Source: Blastocystis sp. subtype 4 (lineage: Eukaryota). From it: a stretch of 44,980 nucleotides of DNA. Both the position numbers and the translations under genes were made by a program. The notes under the pieces were generated by a model. That model saw only the letters and a list, made by a program, of their open reading frames with translations. It made no database searches and was not told where the DNA came from. The stretch spans positions 1 through 44,980 of the forward strand of contig NW_014569494.1 of the NCBI RefSeq assembly GCF_000743755.1, read 5' to 3'. Positions 1-12,890 of the stretch are shown in pieces; position 1 is the stretch's first letter, and each line of letters opens with the position of its first letter.

Positions 1-99
1 GTGTATTTGTGGCATAACAATCCCTGAACCTTTACCATTCTCTTTAGCTGTTCTTCTCAATTCAACTGTTTGAGAACAATCAATCATTAGAATCGCATA
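1..99. repeat. Perfect inverted copy of 43512-43610 (3' end of UBL gene, its terminator and last codons of the zinc-knuckle gene); may extend left of the window
   Basis: 1-99 (GTGTATTTGT...AATCGCATA) is the exact reverse complement of 43512-43610; first mismatch is at position 100 vs 43511. Confidence 0.95.
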
Positions 100-114
100 G
101 TTAATTGTTAATAC

Positions 115-122
115 AACAAACA
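115..122 (-). terminator. TGTTTGTT polyadenylation element of purH
   Basis: aacaaaca on the + strand, 15 nt past the purH TAA. Confidence 0.8.
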
Positions 123-137
123 AATGAGTAAAGTAAC

Positions 138-2074
138 TTAATGATGGAACAGACGAAGTCCAGTATGGACCATAACCATTCCATACGAATCAGCAGCTGC
201 AGTAACACCAGCATCCTGAATGGAACCACCAGGCTGAGCAATATACTTGACTCCATACTTCGAAGCCTGATCAATGTTATCACGGAATGGGAAGAAAGCG
301 TCTGAACACAGAGACACATCCTTCATCGTCTTCACAAAAGCCTCCTTCTCCTCTGCTGTCAAAGGCTCAGGTACCACTTCAAACAATTGCTTCCACTGCT
401 CATACTCCACCTCTGTGAAGTCTCCCTCAATGTAACGCACACGAGCATTCACACGATCCTGCTTCTTGACTCCCTTCTTGAACTGGAGACCCAGAACCTT
501 GGGATGTTGACGGAGATACCAGAGCGAAGCCTTACGAGCAGCCAGCTTCACACAATCAATACGAGACTGCTGGCCAGCACCTACACCTATCATCTGACCG
601 TTGAGAGCATAACCAACAGAGTTGGACTGTGTGTACTTCAGACAGATGTTACCCAGAATCATATCGTTCATTGCAGACTCAGGAATATCCTTATTCTCCG
701 TGACCACATTCGTCATTTGCTCACGAGAAGGAATCACATCATTATGTCGTTGTGCCAGAATAGCTCCATGAAGTTCACGATACTCCATCTCAGGCATCTT
801 GAAATCTGTCTTTCCTTGGAGGATGATGAAGGCTCCATTCTTCTTCTTCTTCAGAATCTCCAGAGCTTCCTCTGTGTATCCAGCAGCAATAATACCGTCA
901 GAGATGCAAGTGGAGATAAACTTGGCAGCAGTCACATCAACAATATCACTGATTGCAGCAAAATCACCGAATGAGGACATAGGATCAGCGTTACGAGCAC
1001 GCAGATATGCCAAGGCAGCTCCACTGATGTTTGGATCAGCAACTTCATAGGCCTTGCATTCAACCTCCGTCAGGGGTACAGCAATAGCAGCACCGGCAGG
1101 AGAGACGTGCTTGAAGGAAGCAGCGGCCACCACACCCAGAGCCTGACGAGCCTCCTTCACTAGCATCCAGGAGTTGAGAGCATCACAAAGATTAATGTAA
1201 CCAGGGTTACCAAAAACAACGTCGAATGGGAGATCACAATTGATATGACGATACAGACCAGCAGGCTTCTGGTGAGGATTGACTCCATACTTCAGCTCAC
1301 GCACAGGAAGATAAGGACGAGTTACAATCACATCTGTCTTCTGCTCCGGATTCAGTTGCTTGGCAAACCAACTGCTGATAGCTGCATCGTACTTGGCAGA
1401 GAGAGCAAACGCCTCAGCAGCAAAACGACGACGAAGTTCGATCGTGGTACATCCATCATGCGTCTTCATCTACCCTATAAGACTATGTAAAGAATTACCT
1501 CTTCCATCAAAGCAGCATACTGATTAGGAGAAGAGCATATGCAAACAGCTGCATGATTCTTTGCAGAAGAACGCAGCATGGAAGGACCACCGATATCGAT
1601 ATTTTCAATACAAGTCTCAAATCCATATCCCTTGGCAACGGTATCTTCAAAAGCATACAAATTCAAAACGACAAGGTCGATCTTCTTGATATCATTATCA
1701 ATCATATCTTGTTCATGCTTGGGATTTCCACGAACAGCTAAAAGACCTCCATGGACCTAAAACTTCACAAACCAACAGTTCGTGTACCTTTGGATGAAGA
1801 GTCTTTACTCGTCCATCCATCATTTCGGGAGCACCAGTGTACTCGGAAACATCCATAACCTTGATTCCAGCATCTCTCATTGCCTTGGCAGTGCCTCCAG
1901 TAGAGAGAATCTCGACGCCATTGGCTTCAAGGAACTTTGCAAGATCCACAAGTCCCGTCTTATCGGAGACAGAGAGAAGAGCTCGTTCAATCTTGAAGAG
2001 CGACTGAGTAGAGCCTAGACGGTTACAACACTCGAGAAGCAGATACCCTGAACAGCAGCAATCGTATGAGCCAT
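138..2074 (-). CDS. ATIC: Bifunctional AICAR transformylase/IMP cyclohydrolase (4 exons)
   Basis: Motifs [61 protein letters not shown]. Introns 2015-2046 (32 nt), 1757-1787 (31 nt) and 1470-1498 (29 nt) join the frames. Confidence 0.97.
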
Positions 2075-2275
2075 AGTACCAGAGAAAATTACAGATTGGA
2101 AAGATTCTTTGGTTGAAACCGAAGTGCAAAAAAGGTGTCAATTTCCATTATCGATCCACCAATCATTGGTGTTGAATCATTTTAAACGGGGTTTCGGAAT
2201 CACGTCCCTCACATGAATAACAAACAAATAGTCACGAGAATAAATAAATTCGGTCACAAAAATCACTTAATACGC

Positions 2276-5200
2276 TTAGTTCTCAAAAATGGGAAGCAAA
2301 TGAGCTCCAGTTGTTAGAATTGTCTTATCAAGGTTGACAAGACTTTCAGGATTAATCAGCAGATAGAAGTATTTCATAGTTCCTGCAGTAAAGTAACTAT
2401 GGACCTTATCAACTAATTTGTTCACAGTTTTTCTTTCAACATCGGGATAGTGGGCAAATCCCGAATCAGTTCTGCATTTTGCATCTATTGTCTTGAATAT
2501 ATCCCATGCCCACTCTCTACTAGTCATATCCCAATATCATTCCTACACATAGATTGGATCTTTGGTAGTTTCATGCAAGAAGTAGAAGGCTTCAAGAACT
2601 TCAGGTCTCAACTTAAATTCTCTTCCTCCATCCATAGTAACGAAATCTCTTGTTTCTGAGAATGTGGTTTCCTCAGCAGCCAGACCACTTGCTGTGCGCT
2701 TAAACATTTGGTAACAAGTGTATCCCAAAGATCTCGCTCTCCTCATATTAGCATCACTGTTCTTTGCTGAAGGAGAGAGATGACTGAGAATGGCATACAA
2801 GCCTATACCTCAGAGAATATGAATGAATAGACTTGCTAGAGAACATGAATACTGTTGCATTCTAGGTTGAAATTGTGTATTACGAATCAAGCCCACAATT
2901 GCAAATCCATCATTGTAACTTGTACGAAGTAACTGCTTGTCAAATCCTTGCATCACTTGATCAATCATCTTCTTCAATTTCTATCGAATCAACTTTGAAA
3001 TACAAACCCACAGGATCTGCTCTACCACTCTGAAGGAAGGCTCTAACAAGACTTGAATAGAAGTGTCCTGACTTCTCAGTGAAGGAGTATTGAGGATTCG
3101 TAACTCTTCCATCTGAACGAAGGAAGTGAAGTCAAAGTACTACAAGAGTGTTGATTGAAAAGGATATGCTATCAGGGAAAAGACCATCAAAGGTTGGAAG
3201 TCTCGAGAGAGATAGAAGGATAGAATCCATTCGATCAGCATACTGAGAATCATGAGTCACTCGTGAGAGATGTCGCATTTCAACAATCAGAGATCCTATG
3301 TCTGTAAGAGAGATTTCTGTACTCTGATCTGTTTGTTTGGTACCTGGAGCAATCATTGGCTAAGAATCAAAATAGGAATATTCAGGATACAGATGGGAAT
3401 AAATTGTCTTTGTCAAAAGCCGATAGAATCAGATCACCGACTTTCATACATTTAATTAGTAATATCTCATTCTTGCTTAACTCATATGCTGAGAGAAGAC
3501 CACCAAGAACTCGAGTTCCTAATTCATGAATCGATACCAAATTCGTTGATTCTAATTGAAAGGATTGAACAATCCATTCAACACCTTCAGTAAACTCTTC
3601 TTTGAGTCCCATCAACCATAAGGTATCCAATGAATCAATCAACGTCATCCCCATATGACCTTTCGTGTCAACATAACTCTCCGAGATAGGCATCAACTCA
3701 TCGTGACCCCAAGCATACTGGGAGTATCTATAGTCTATACCAGACTTCTTTCATACCCTTTCCAGAAGTGTCTCATTGCTTTCACTACTTCTTCTTTACG
3801 TTGGTTCCACATTTCTATCCAAGCAACTCCACTGTCTCTGGGAACAGAGAAGTGATATGAACCACCACGGAGGTAAACAGGATCCTTTTGTAATAAGGAT
3901 CTCTCAAAGAGCTGGAGAGGGTTCATGTTCTCTCGTAAGCGGCCTTTACCTTGTCCCACACCTGAATCACAATCATCCTTCAGTCTTACTGGTATCGAAG
4001 AAAACGAGTGTATTTCCGTCAAGATCTTGCTTCTTCTCAATTACTGGGATTGGATCCACTTGTTTCTTCTCTTTGGGAGCATGTCTCGCTCGTTGTTTCT
4101 CTAATCGTGCCTCGATTTCTCTCTCTTCCTCAGCCCGTTCTCGTTCCTCCTCTTCGTTCAGTTCTCTCTCTCCACTTGTTGACAACCGATTGGATCGAGT
4201 CTGTTCATTATTCGACCACTTCATCATTACCTGCTCCCTCTCCAACAATTCTGTCAGCTCGTTCTTCACGACCTCATGGGCACTAATGACCTCACGAGAA
4301 GTGGCACTCAGTACTGTGACCAACTCGCGACGCAACTGGATCACAAATAGCAATGACTCCAGAGAAGTATGAGGTACAGCTTGAGCAGCACTCAGTTTCT
4401 GAATAATTGAATCATTGATGGCCGTACTGAAGATCTAGTGGTCAGTACAAATGAGAAGACTTACAGCCACTGAGGCAATATCACCCAGGAACGCATTGCT
4501 ACCAAAAATATCACTTCCAACTAGCAATTTCTGACTATTCTACATATAAATGAATTCTTATATTTCTACTTGAATGTAACGAGAGGAGATTGTTCGATCT
4601 TGGAAGATGCCATTTATATACACGGATATTTCTGTTTTATAGAGACTTAAACCTGTTCCTTGACTCAGATTGTTAAATACAACCGTTATATGAGTCCATC
4701 TGTTCACTCTATTCCTAATCCCCATATTGTGATATTACGATTCAAATACTTCAACAACTAAATCAGCACAGTCATTGTGCTTACTTCGATAAATGACATG
4801 GAGACGACTACTCATTATACCATCTTAGCAATCAAACATTTGTTTATTGTCAAGGACTTCAAGCACAAAGGCATAACCATTGACTGTTGTCTCATCTTGT
4901 CTTGAACAGAGATTATCGTGGGTTGATAACACTGTACGACGTCCCGGAGTTCTTAAGTCCTTCATTCGAATCCAGAATGCAATCTAGTTCTTACAACTAA
5001 CCTTACACAATACTGTTTGTGAGTACATATCTGGCATGAAATTCAAACTATAGTAATGACTTCCATCGAATGAAACACCATATCTAAACATAAAACCAGC
5101 AGAAACGGAATTACGAGGGAAACGACGATAGACTGGTACGAATCTCTTTGGTATTTTTAGGAACAAGAGTTGAAGATAAGTATCTAGGTGATTACGATAA

Positions 5201-5367
5201 TAATAGGGAATGTACTGGGAACTTGGATTAGAGGGCTGGATATTGGAAAAGAATACGACATACACGAGCACGAGGAGTCCAAAGAGAATAAAGATGAAGA
5301 AAATCAGAAGAAACAAGAGGATTACTCTTTCCAGCGGATTACGTCTTTTTCTTCTTTCTAATAACAT
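2276..5367 (-). CDS. Type II membrane protein: N-terminal TM, LamG/ConA-like domain, coiled stalk, degenerate GH47 alpha-1,2-mannosidase domain
   Basis: TM VILLFLLIFFIFILFGLLVLVYVVFF. LamG-like TIAFWIR, RWTHITVVF, SVYING, LLVG...FLGDIASV. GH47 TLIDSLDTLWLMGL, RVLGGLLSAY, LRPEVLE, MKYFYLL. Exons joined by ~30-nt introns (e.g. 3962-3989). TGTTTGTT at 2219-2226. Confidence 0.85.
3126..3167 (-). other. 42-nt AT-AC (U12-type) intron
   Basis: 5' ATATCCTTTT, branch-like CTTTGAC, 3' TTCAC. Removal deletes an in-frame TGA and gives GLFPDS|FLRSDG, matching GH47 spacing. Confidence 0.85.
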
Positions 5368-5510
5368 AATTTACAAAATACTTAAGAGATACTTGTAGAA
5401 ACAGGTACAGGCATTCTGAAAAGAGATAATAGAGAACTCGAGAAAAAAAAGGATTATTATTGGATTCAAGAAACAGGGGGTATTACATGATACAGAAAAG
5501 AATACCTCTC

Positions 5511-7506
5511 TTAATGGGAATTCCGAATCAGATGGTCAATACGGTTTACAATTTCCCAGCAATCAGAGTCACTTGCCGCAATGAACTTCAATTCCACCAA
5601 CGTACCTACATAACAAGATGACTCCATACATACTTTCAATACCAGTTCCATCGTCTTCATCATCGGAATAATAGTCTTCAAGATACTTAATAGTGAACGA
5701 AAATGGAGGATCTCTCTCCATCACAATAGACTCAATACTGGCAATATCAATATACGTTAACGATCTTGCTGAACATCTTGAACAACAATAAAACGGGCTC
5801 ATATGAGTAATAAGGACTTCATCATGATCGATCGTGAAGATACGTTTCCTTAGTTTTTGCTTGCTCGTAATCTTTGTAACAATCCATGTCTTATACTTTC
5901 CAGCCTCAAAATTCGTGAAAAGATATGAAGTTTGATCGATAGTATCATCCAATGCATTATTACTAGTATTGTAATTGTATGATGGACAAGGAACCACTTT
6001 TGGTCCATCATAGAATTTCTCTATTCCTAAATTACTTAATCAGAACTGACTTAACCGAATTCGGAATGAAGTCACATCAATATCACATAACCGAACACAC
6101 TCATTTACCACATCACTAATCATCTTTAATCGTTCCTTGTCTTCAGGTCCCACAGTGAGCTCATAGACCTAGATATGGATATGAATAAAATGAATTACTC
6201 TGCCTGGATATAACATATGACATGCTTTGTTCAGAAGCTGACGACAAGTGGAAGTAGCATCCATCTCCACTGTAAAAGTACGCTCTTCAAACATTAAGCG
6301 AATATGAAGTTTCTCCTCTGTTTGAAGAGGAGAAATAGCTACTTGTGAGATACAAATTCATTGTATACTTCGAGGCTGATAATCAGGAACAGATACAAGA
6401 CAGAACCCTTGAGATTCATCGTCCATGAAGTTCGCTACAATTCCTCCTCGTTCAAGTGCTATGCATTAGTTCTTATTCAATTGCTTCACCAGGAAAATCC
6501 ATATCACATTCACCATCAGCAATCTCCATTCGTAGTTCATATGCCATACCATCTGTAAGGAGAGTCATTGCTTTGGATCCGATGATGTTATCAAAACGTT
6601 TGCTTGCTACAATCTCCTCATTAAGTAGACTCCGACGACGGGAAGTCTCCATATTCGATGATTCCAAGAAGTCAGTCAGACCATCAAGACTATCATGATG
6701 CTGAGGACCATCTCCTTTGGTAGAATCAAATTCTGACATGTCTAATGGAGGTGAAGTTGCTAGCACTTCTTGCTCGGTCTCATTTTTCTCGGCTGCTGCC
6801 TTCTCTGCTTCTTCCTTCAGCTCTTTGCACTTCTTCTGGAAGAGCGATGTCAAAGCATTTGATTTGCGAATCGTCTTTTCGATGGCATCTTGAACTGTGG
6901 CATCTTTCTTTAGGACGATCAGAAGAGGGTGACTATTCGGAAGATAAACTTTAACACGAAAAGTTGAACTATTTGGTACATAATTACTATCATCACAAAG
7001 AAACTCGTCTTCCTCTTCCAAACACTTTGACAAAGGACCTCTAGACTGAAACGATACACAAAATTATACACAAAGTTGTCATCGTTGAAATCTGGGTATT
7101 GCTGCCCTTCTTGTACCGTATTCTCACTTACTGTTTCTGTACTTTCTCTTCTATTCACCTGTTGGGCTGTTTGCGTACCCTACAATTCAGGCAACCGCTA
7201 ATGTCATACAGAAGATACAGATCTCATTGTAGATTTAGGATTCGACTCTGTAATAGGTTCCGATGGATTGGTATTTGAAGGAACCACAGCTGGTGCCTTT
7301 TCAGGAGTCTTTTCATCCATATCGAATTTAGATCTTTCATACAATACATCCCCTCTATGAATCAGGTCAAATTGATTGTTGTACTCAGATTCAGGAACAC
7401 TAAGCCCATCAGAATAATTAAAATGTGGTTTTTCTGTATTGCCAATTCGAAGCATTTTCACAACTTCAAACTTGCGATACAAGTCATCAAGATCGCAGAG
7501 TTGCAT
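5511..7506 (-). CDS. SIN1: SIN1/MAPKAP1-like TORC2 subunit (CRIM, RBD-like, PH)
   Basis: CRIM-like VKVYLP...ATVQDAI and YELRMEIADGECDMDFP; PH-like YKTWIVTK...KRIFTIDHD; spliced C-terminus LKFIAASDSDCWEIVNRIDHLIRNSH*. Start tentative. Confidence 0.8.
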
Positions 7507-7640
7507 GTTCCCGTTTCCACTCTGTTAATTCCTATGCGACCAGAATTTTATGCAAGATCCACAACGACAGCTATGCAAGTATTTCAAATAGCCCTTTTTG
7601 TAACACTATTAATCTTCTGTCAAGAAACAGATTATCAATT

Positions 7641-8434
7641 TCAACTCGACCCGACTTCTGTATGCGATTCTGTGAGGTTCTGAAGAGTTGTCATGTCGAA
7701 TTGTTTTTGGAACTCTCTGATTCGCTTTTCAAGAGTGTTATCGTAGCAGAAGAGTAGACGGTTTTCAAGACATGACAATTCTACATCCACATCAAGCAGT
7801 TTTTCAATTGTTTCATTACAGTAATCTGTCCAGGTCAACGAGAAACAACGTCTACTCATCAACGAACTTGGGATCTGTCACATATCAGATACTGTTGCAT
7901 CAAAATGTTCGTTTTGTTGTTGCTGTTCTGGTGATGGAGTTGCTTGTTGATCCTAGTTCTATTTCATCCATTGAATCTTACTGTCACTGTTTCCATCACG
8001 TCTCGATTCTCCTTCTTTTGCTGTTCAAGCTTCTGCTCAACTTCTCCTTGAATCGTCGTTATCAAGGAAGCGGAAGAGGTTGTCAATGGTGCAGAAGAAG
8101 TAGGCAACGGATTCATGGGCTCGGGAGTTGGTTGAACTGGAGGTGGTGGAGGCATTTCTTGCTGTATAGTGGCTGGTTTTTCAACTCGAACCCTCTTCTC
8201 AGGTACGGTTACTTTCACCGAATGAGCATTATTGATGACCAGGGATGATTCTTGTTGTTTCAGAAATGATGTCCTTCCACTAATAGGAATGTGTTCTAAA
8301 TGCTAGATATCCATCACATTCATACTATTAGTAGACCGTGAGTCTACCGAGAAGTTGAATCGGAATCCCTTCGGTGTTTCGTCTTTTCTATACACTAACT
8401 GAACGGAAATTGTGTACTTATTAAAAAACGACAT
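7641..8434 (-). CDS. Hypothetical protein with a Pro/Thr-rich middle
   Basis: ORF pieces 8303-8434, 7964-8218 and 7641-7862 separated by short intron-like gaps; TGTTTCTT at 7622-7629. No domain recognised; one junction unresolved. Confidence 0.5.
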
Positions 8435-8474
8435 TGAGAACGATATCTTAAACAGACTCGTGATTGGAGGGAAA

Positions 8475-9761
<1,287 letters not shown>

Positions 9762-9824
9762 GACTGGAAAGGATTTCAACAATCGCTCCGTCAAAAGAAA
9801 GGATTCAAGCAACAAACAAATGAC

Positions 9825-10890
9825 TCACATACCAGCGAACATCTTTAACATATTACTGAACATATCGTTCTTGGAATAGATGTTAAAGTACACTTTGGCA
9901 ATCTCTGTTACCATCTTCGCATTAAATCTAAGATTCACCCCTACCTTCGATAGCTCTGGATCTCTCCTCAACTCAGAATCATATTTCTCTTTGAGTAGGT
10001 TGAATAAAGGAGCTGCGTCTCTCTATTCTAAAGAATCTTGATAACAACGCACCATCAAGGTCTGAAGAAGGAAATCACAGAAATGGATAAGAGGAAGCTT
10101 TCCAAATTCTTGGTCATTTTTCTTTAGCGTCTTTACAGCCGTGAATAACAGATTGGCATCTCGAAGATTCTTTTTTTCAGCCAACCAAAGAATTGGCCGC
10201 GTGACGAAAAGATCGATCTCACTTGCATACCCCTTTTCGGACCATTCCAGAATCATCTTGGCATATTCCTCCATGTCTTCGCTAATCAAGAAAAAATCAC
10301 TTGCATGAGGATAGTCTTCTTTAGGTCAATTCAATGCATTGATATTACTCTTATCCCAGTAGTAATGAGCAGCATACTTATTCAGGGCAGGATATCCAAC
10401 CAGAGCATTTCCAGTAGTATGACACCATCTATCATGAATATAACAATGGAAAAATACTGTGTGAATGCGTTAATCAGCTTTTCCTTCTCTTCTCCTTGTG
10501 GAAATGATCTTAGAATCTCAATTAACCGATCTAGATTGAATATACTAAGAAATGTATACCTGCAATTTCTGTAGAAAAGGGAGATTTCCGAGTTTTGATA
10601 GATGTGATATAGACCGTGCCCAAATCATATGCTGAAATAGTCTACATGATAAGAGGAAACGAATAACAATAGCTACCTGACCATATTTATTCATATTCAC
10701 AATTCCATCAAATGTCAATTCATCCGACTCCTTATACTTCCCAGAAGCTTCATAGCTACCAATTAGTTTGAATGACCAAGAACCAGTACCGAGACTGTAA
10801 TGTACGATACAACTGGAGTGCTTCATAATAATTCCCTTCCTCCATCTGAATGGCAAGAGTCTTAGGAATACCTCCAACTTGTCTTCTCAT
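9825..10890 (-). CDS. GET4: GET4 (tail-anchored protein targeting)
   Basis: GNYYEALQLYRTL, EIDLFVTRPIL, PLIHFCDFLL, LFNLLKEKY; ends MLKMFAGM* with TGTTTGTT at 9811-9818. Confidence 0.88.
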
Positions 10891-10983
10891 TATAGAATAA
10901 CTGTTTGTATGAAGTCATTGACCACAAGTAGACTCCTTTTATCATATCAACAACTCCTGTATTACTTAACAAAAACTGAAAAG

Positions 10984-12798
10984 CTAACTAAAAACAAAAT
11001 CTGCAAAGACACCCCGATGATCACTTGCATACAGTGCACTTCCTTTCGACATCATTCCTGCCTTCAAATCCGTAGTCTCCGTCCCCTTTAACGGTTTCTG
11101 TCCAATCAGCTGGGAATTGTACACATTCACATGGACTCCAGATCCCTGCTTGTATATGATATAATCAATTCGCTTCACAGGATTATCCGTAGGGAATGTG
11201 AGAGCATTCCACCTCGCACCCTTCCTTGGTGAACGCGGCTTGGGTTCAGGATGAATCTGAAGGAAAGCATCATGATAATCTGTTTCTCTTTCATCTAATG
11301 TTCCTTTTCCCTAGAAGTGAGCACGAAGAATCATGTTTACGATCAAATATTGAATGGCTCGAGAATCAGGCTCAGCATTCAAGTCACCACAAAACACACT
11401 GAATCCTGTCTTTCCATTTTTATCAATGAAGTCAGAGAGTTCAGGAACAGTACGATCTCTAGCTTTTTCAGACAAAGAGAGATGAGTTCCATAAACCTGA
11501 ATAGGACCAAGATAAGGCACTTGGATGGTAGCATGAAGGACTACACGTTGATGATCATCCTGTTTATCAAGATAATCACGACTCAGAATTAGATAGTCTT
11601 GATGAGTTATAGGGAATCGAGAGAAAATGGCGACTCCTTCTTCTACACGAGCTCCATGTTCCACATACATGTTCGCAGGCTATATCTCAATGGATTTAAG
11701 TATACTCACTTGATATACATACTGATAACCAGGTAACAGGTCAGCAATATGACTCAACTGGAAACGATGTGCACTGTCACCCAGAGTCTCATCATATCGG
11801 ATTTCTTGTAGTACAATCACATCTGGAGAGACCTCTTGGATATATTCAGTCATTAGGACCATTCGCTTGTAATACCACTCAAAGCGAGGTTTACCTGTAA
11901 TGAACCAGGTAGCTGGCATAGTGTTCCAAGCATTGTAAGAGACAATACGGAGGTGACGATTCTAGAGGAAAAGAGGTAGAATCATGGATACGATGATTGT
12001 CTGCTGAGTGAAACGATCGATTGTAGTGAAGAAGGATAATTCACCTAAATACGCTCTATGATTTCCTAAGGATGAGTATATTTCTAGATCCCTCTACCTG
12101 AAGGAATAAAGGAATGATGGAAGAGATAGTAACGATTATCTCGATCTTGAGATATTGTCACATTGTGAATCAATATTTGATCTAGATATGAGGTATTATG
12201 CTAGCAAGTACTATTATTATCTGGAGCCAAGAATTGAATGAAATAGTTGGTTCCCATAACGACATTCCGTACCTCCTTGGATCCGAGTAAATGCATCTGC
12301 TTCCAGTGACGCCCATCTGTTGTGTATCTCAATTCGATGACTCTATATCTCATATCCTTTTCTATTCAAATACCTGGAAAACGTTACTTGAATGTTGTCA
12401 AGACTCATTTTTGACCATGGAGATGATACTACGGTGTGATTCGCCTCCTTTGTGTACATCTCTTTCCCTGTAATGTTTCCTCATTTCCACAAATCCGTTT
12501 CCACACTTCTTTGAGTGCCTTTCGGACTGAATTATCTAAACCAGATACATCTTTATAGTTGAATAGAATATACCCATAGAGCAACTCAGCATCCTTGACA
12601 CTTACAGCTAATCATTACTGTTTCATGTTAGGTCTTACGAGTACCCCATAATGCAACAGAATAGGACGGTTGAAATACTTTCCGATCTTCCTGGGTTTGT
12701 CCTTCTTCCCAGAAATAACCTTGGGTCACGAAGAGAAGTAAACTACAAAGTCACCTTCATTTGTTCAATACATACATAAGATACAATATCCAAATCAT
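10984..12798 (-). CDS. Signal-peptide protein with a C-terminal endonuclease/exonuclease/phosphatase (EEP) domain
   Basis: Spliced N-terminus MIWILYLILLLFVTQG; EEP motifs IVSYNAW, PDVIVLQE, GVAIFSRFP, GTHLS, CGDLNA, RIDYI, SDHRGV. Confidence 0.88.
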
Positions 12799-12890
12799 TA
12801 CAGATCCAAGGATAAGCAACTACTCTTCTATTCTGTTATCTTCTAAAGTTAAAGTCCCGCGGGTATTGTCAAATAGATGGTTTCAATAGA

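Noticed and set aside
387..974. 195-aa plus-strand ORF and other long antisense ORFs (3776-4372, 7772-8248, 37455-37826)
   Set aside because: They are shadows opposite well-supported genes and show no motifs.
3360..3390. Intron starting GTATCCTG as a second U12 intron
   Set aside because: It is 31 nt (typical U2 size), mismatches at +8 and has no convincing U12 branch point; unresolved, not claimed.
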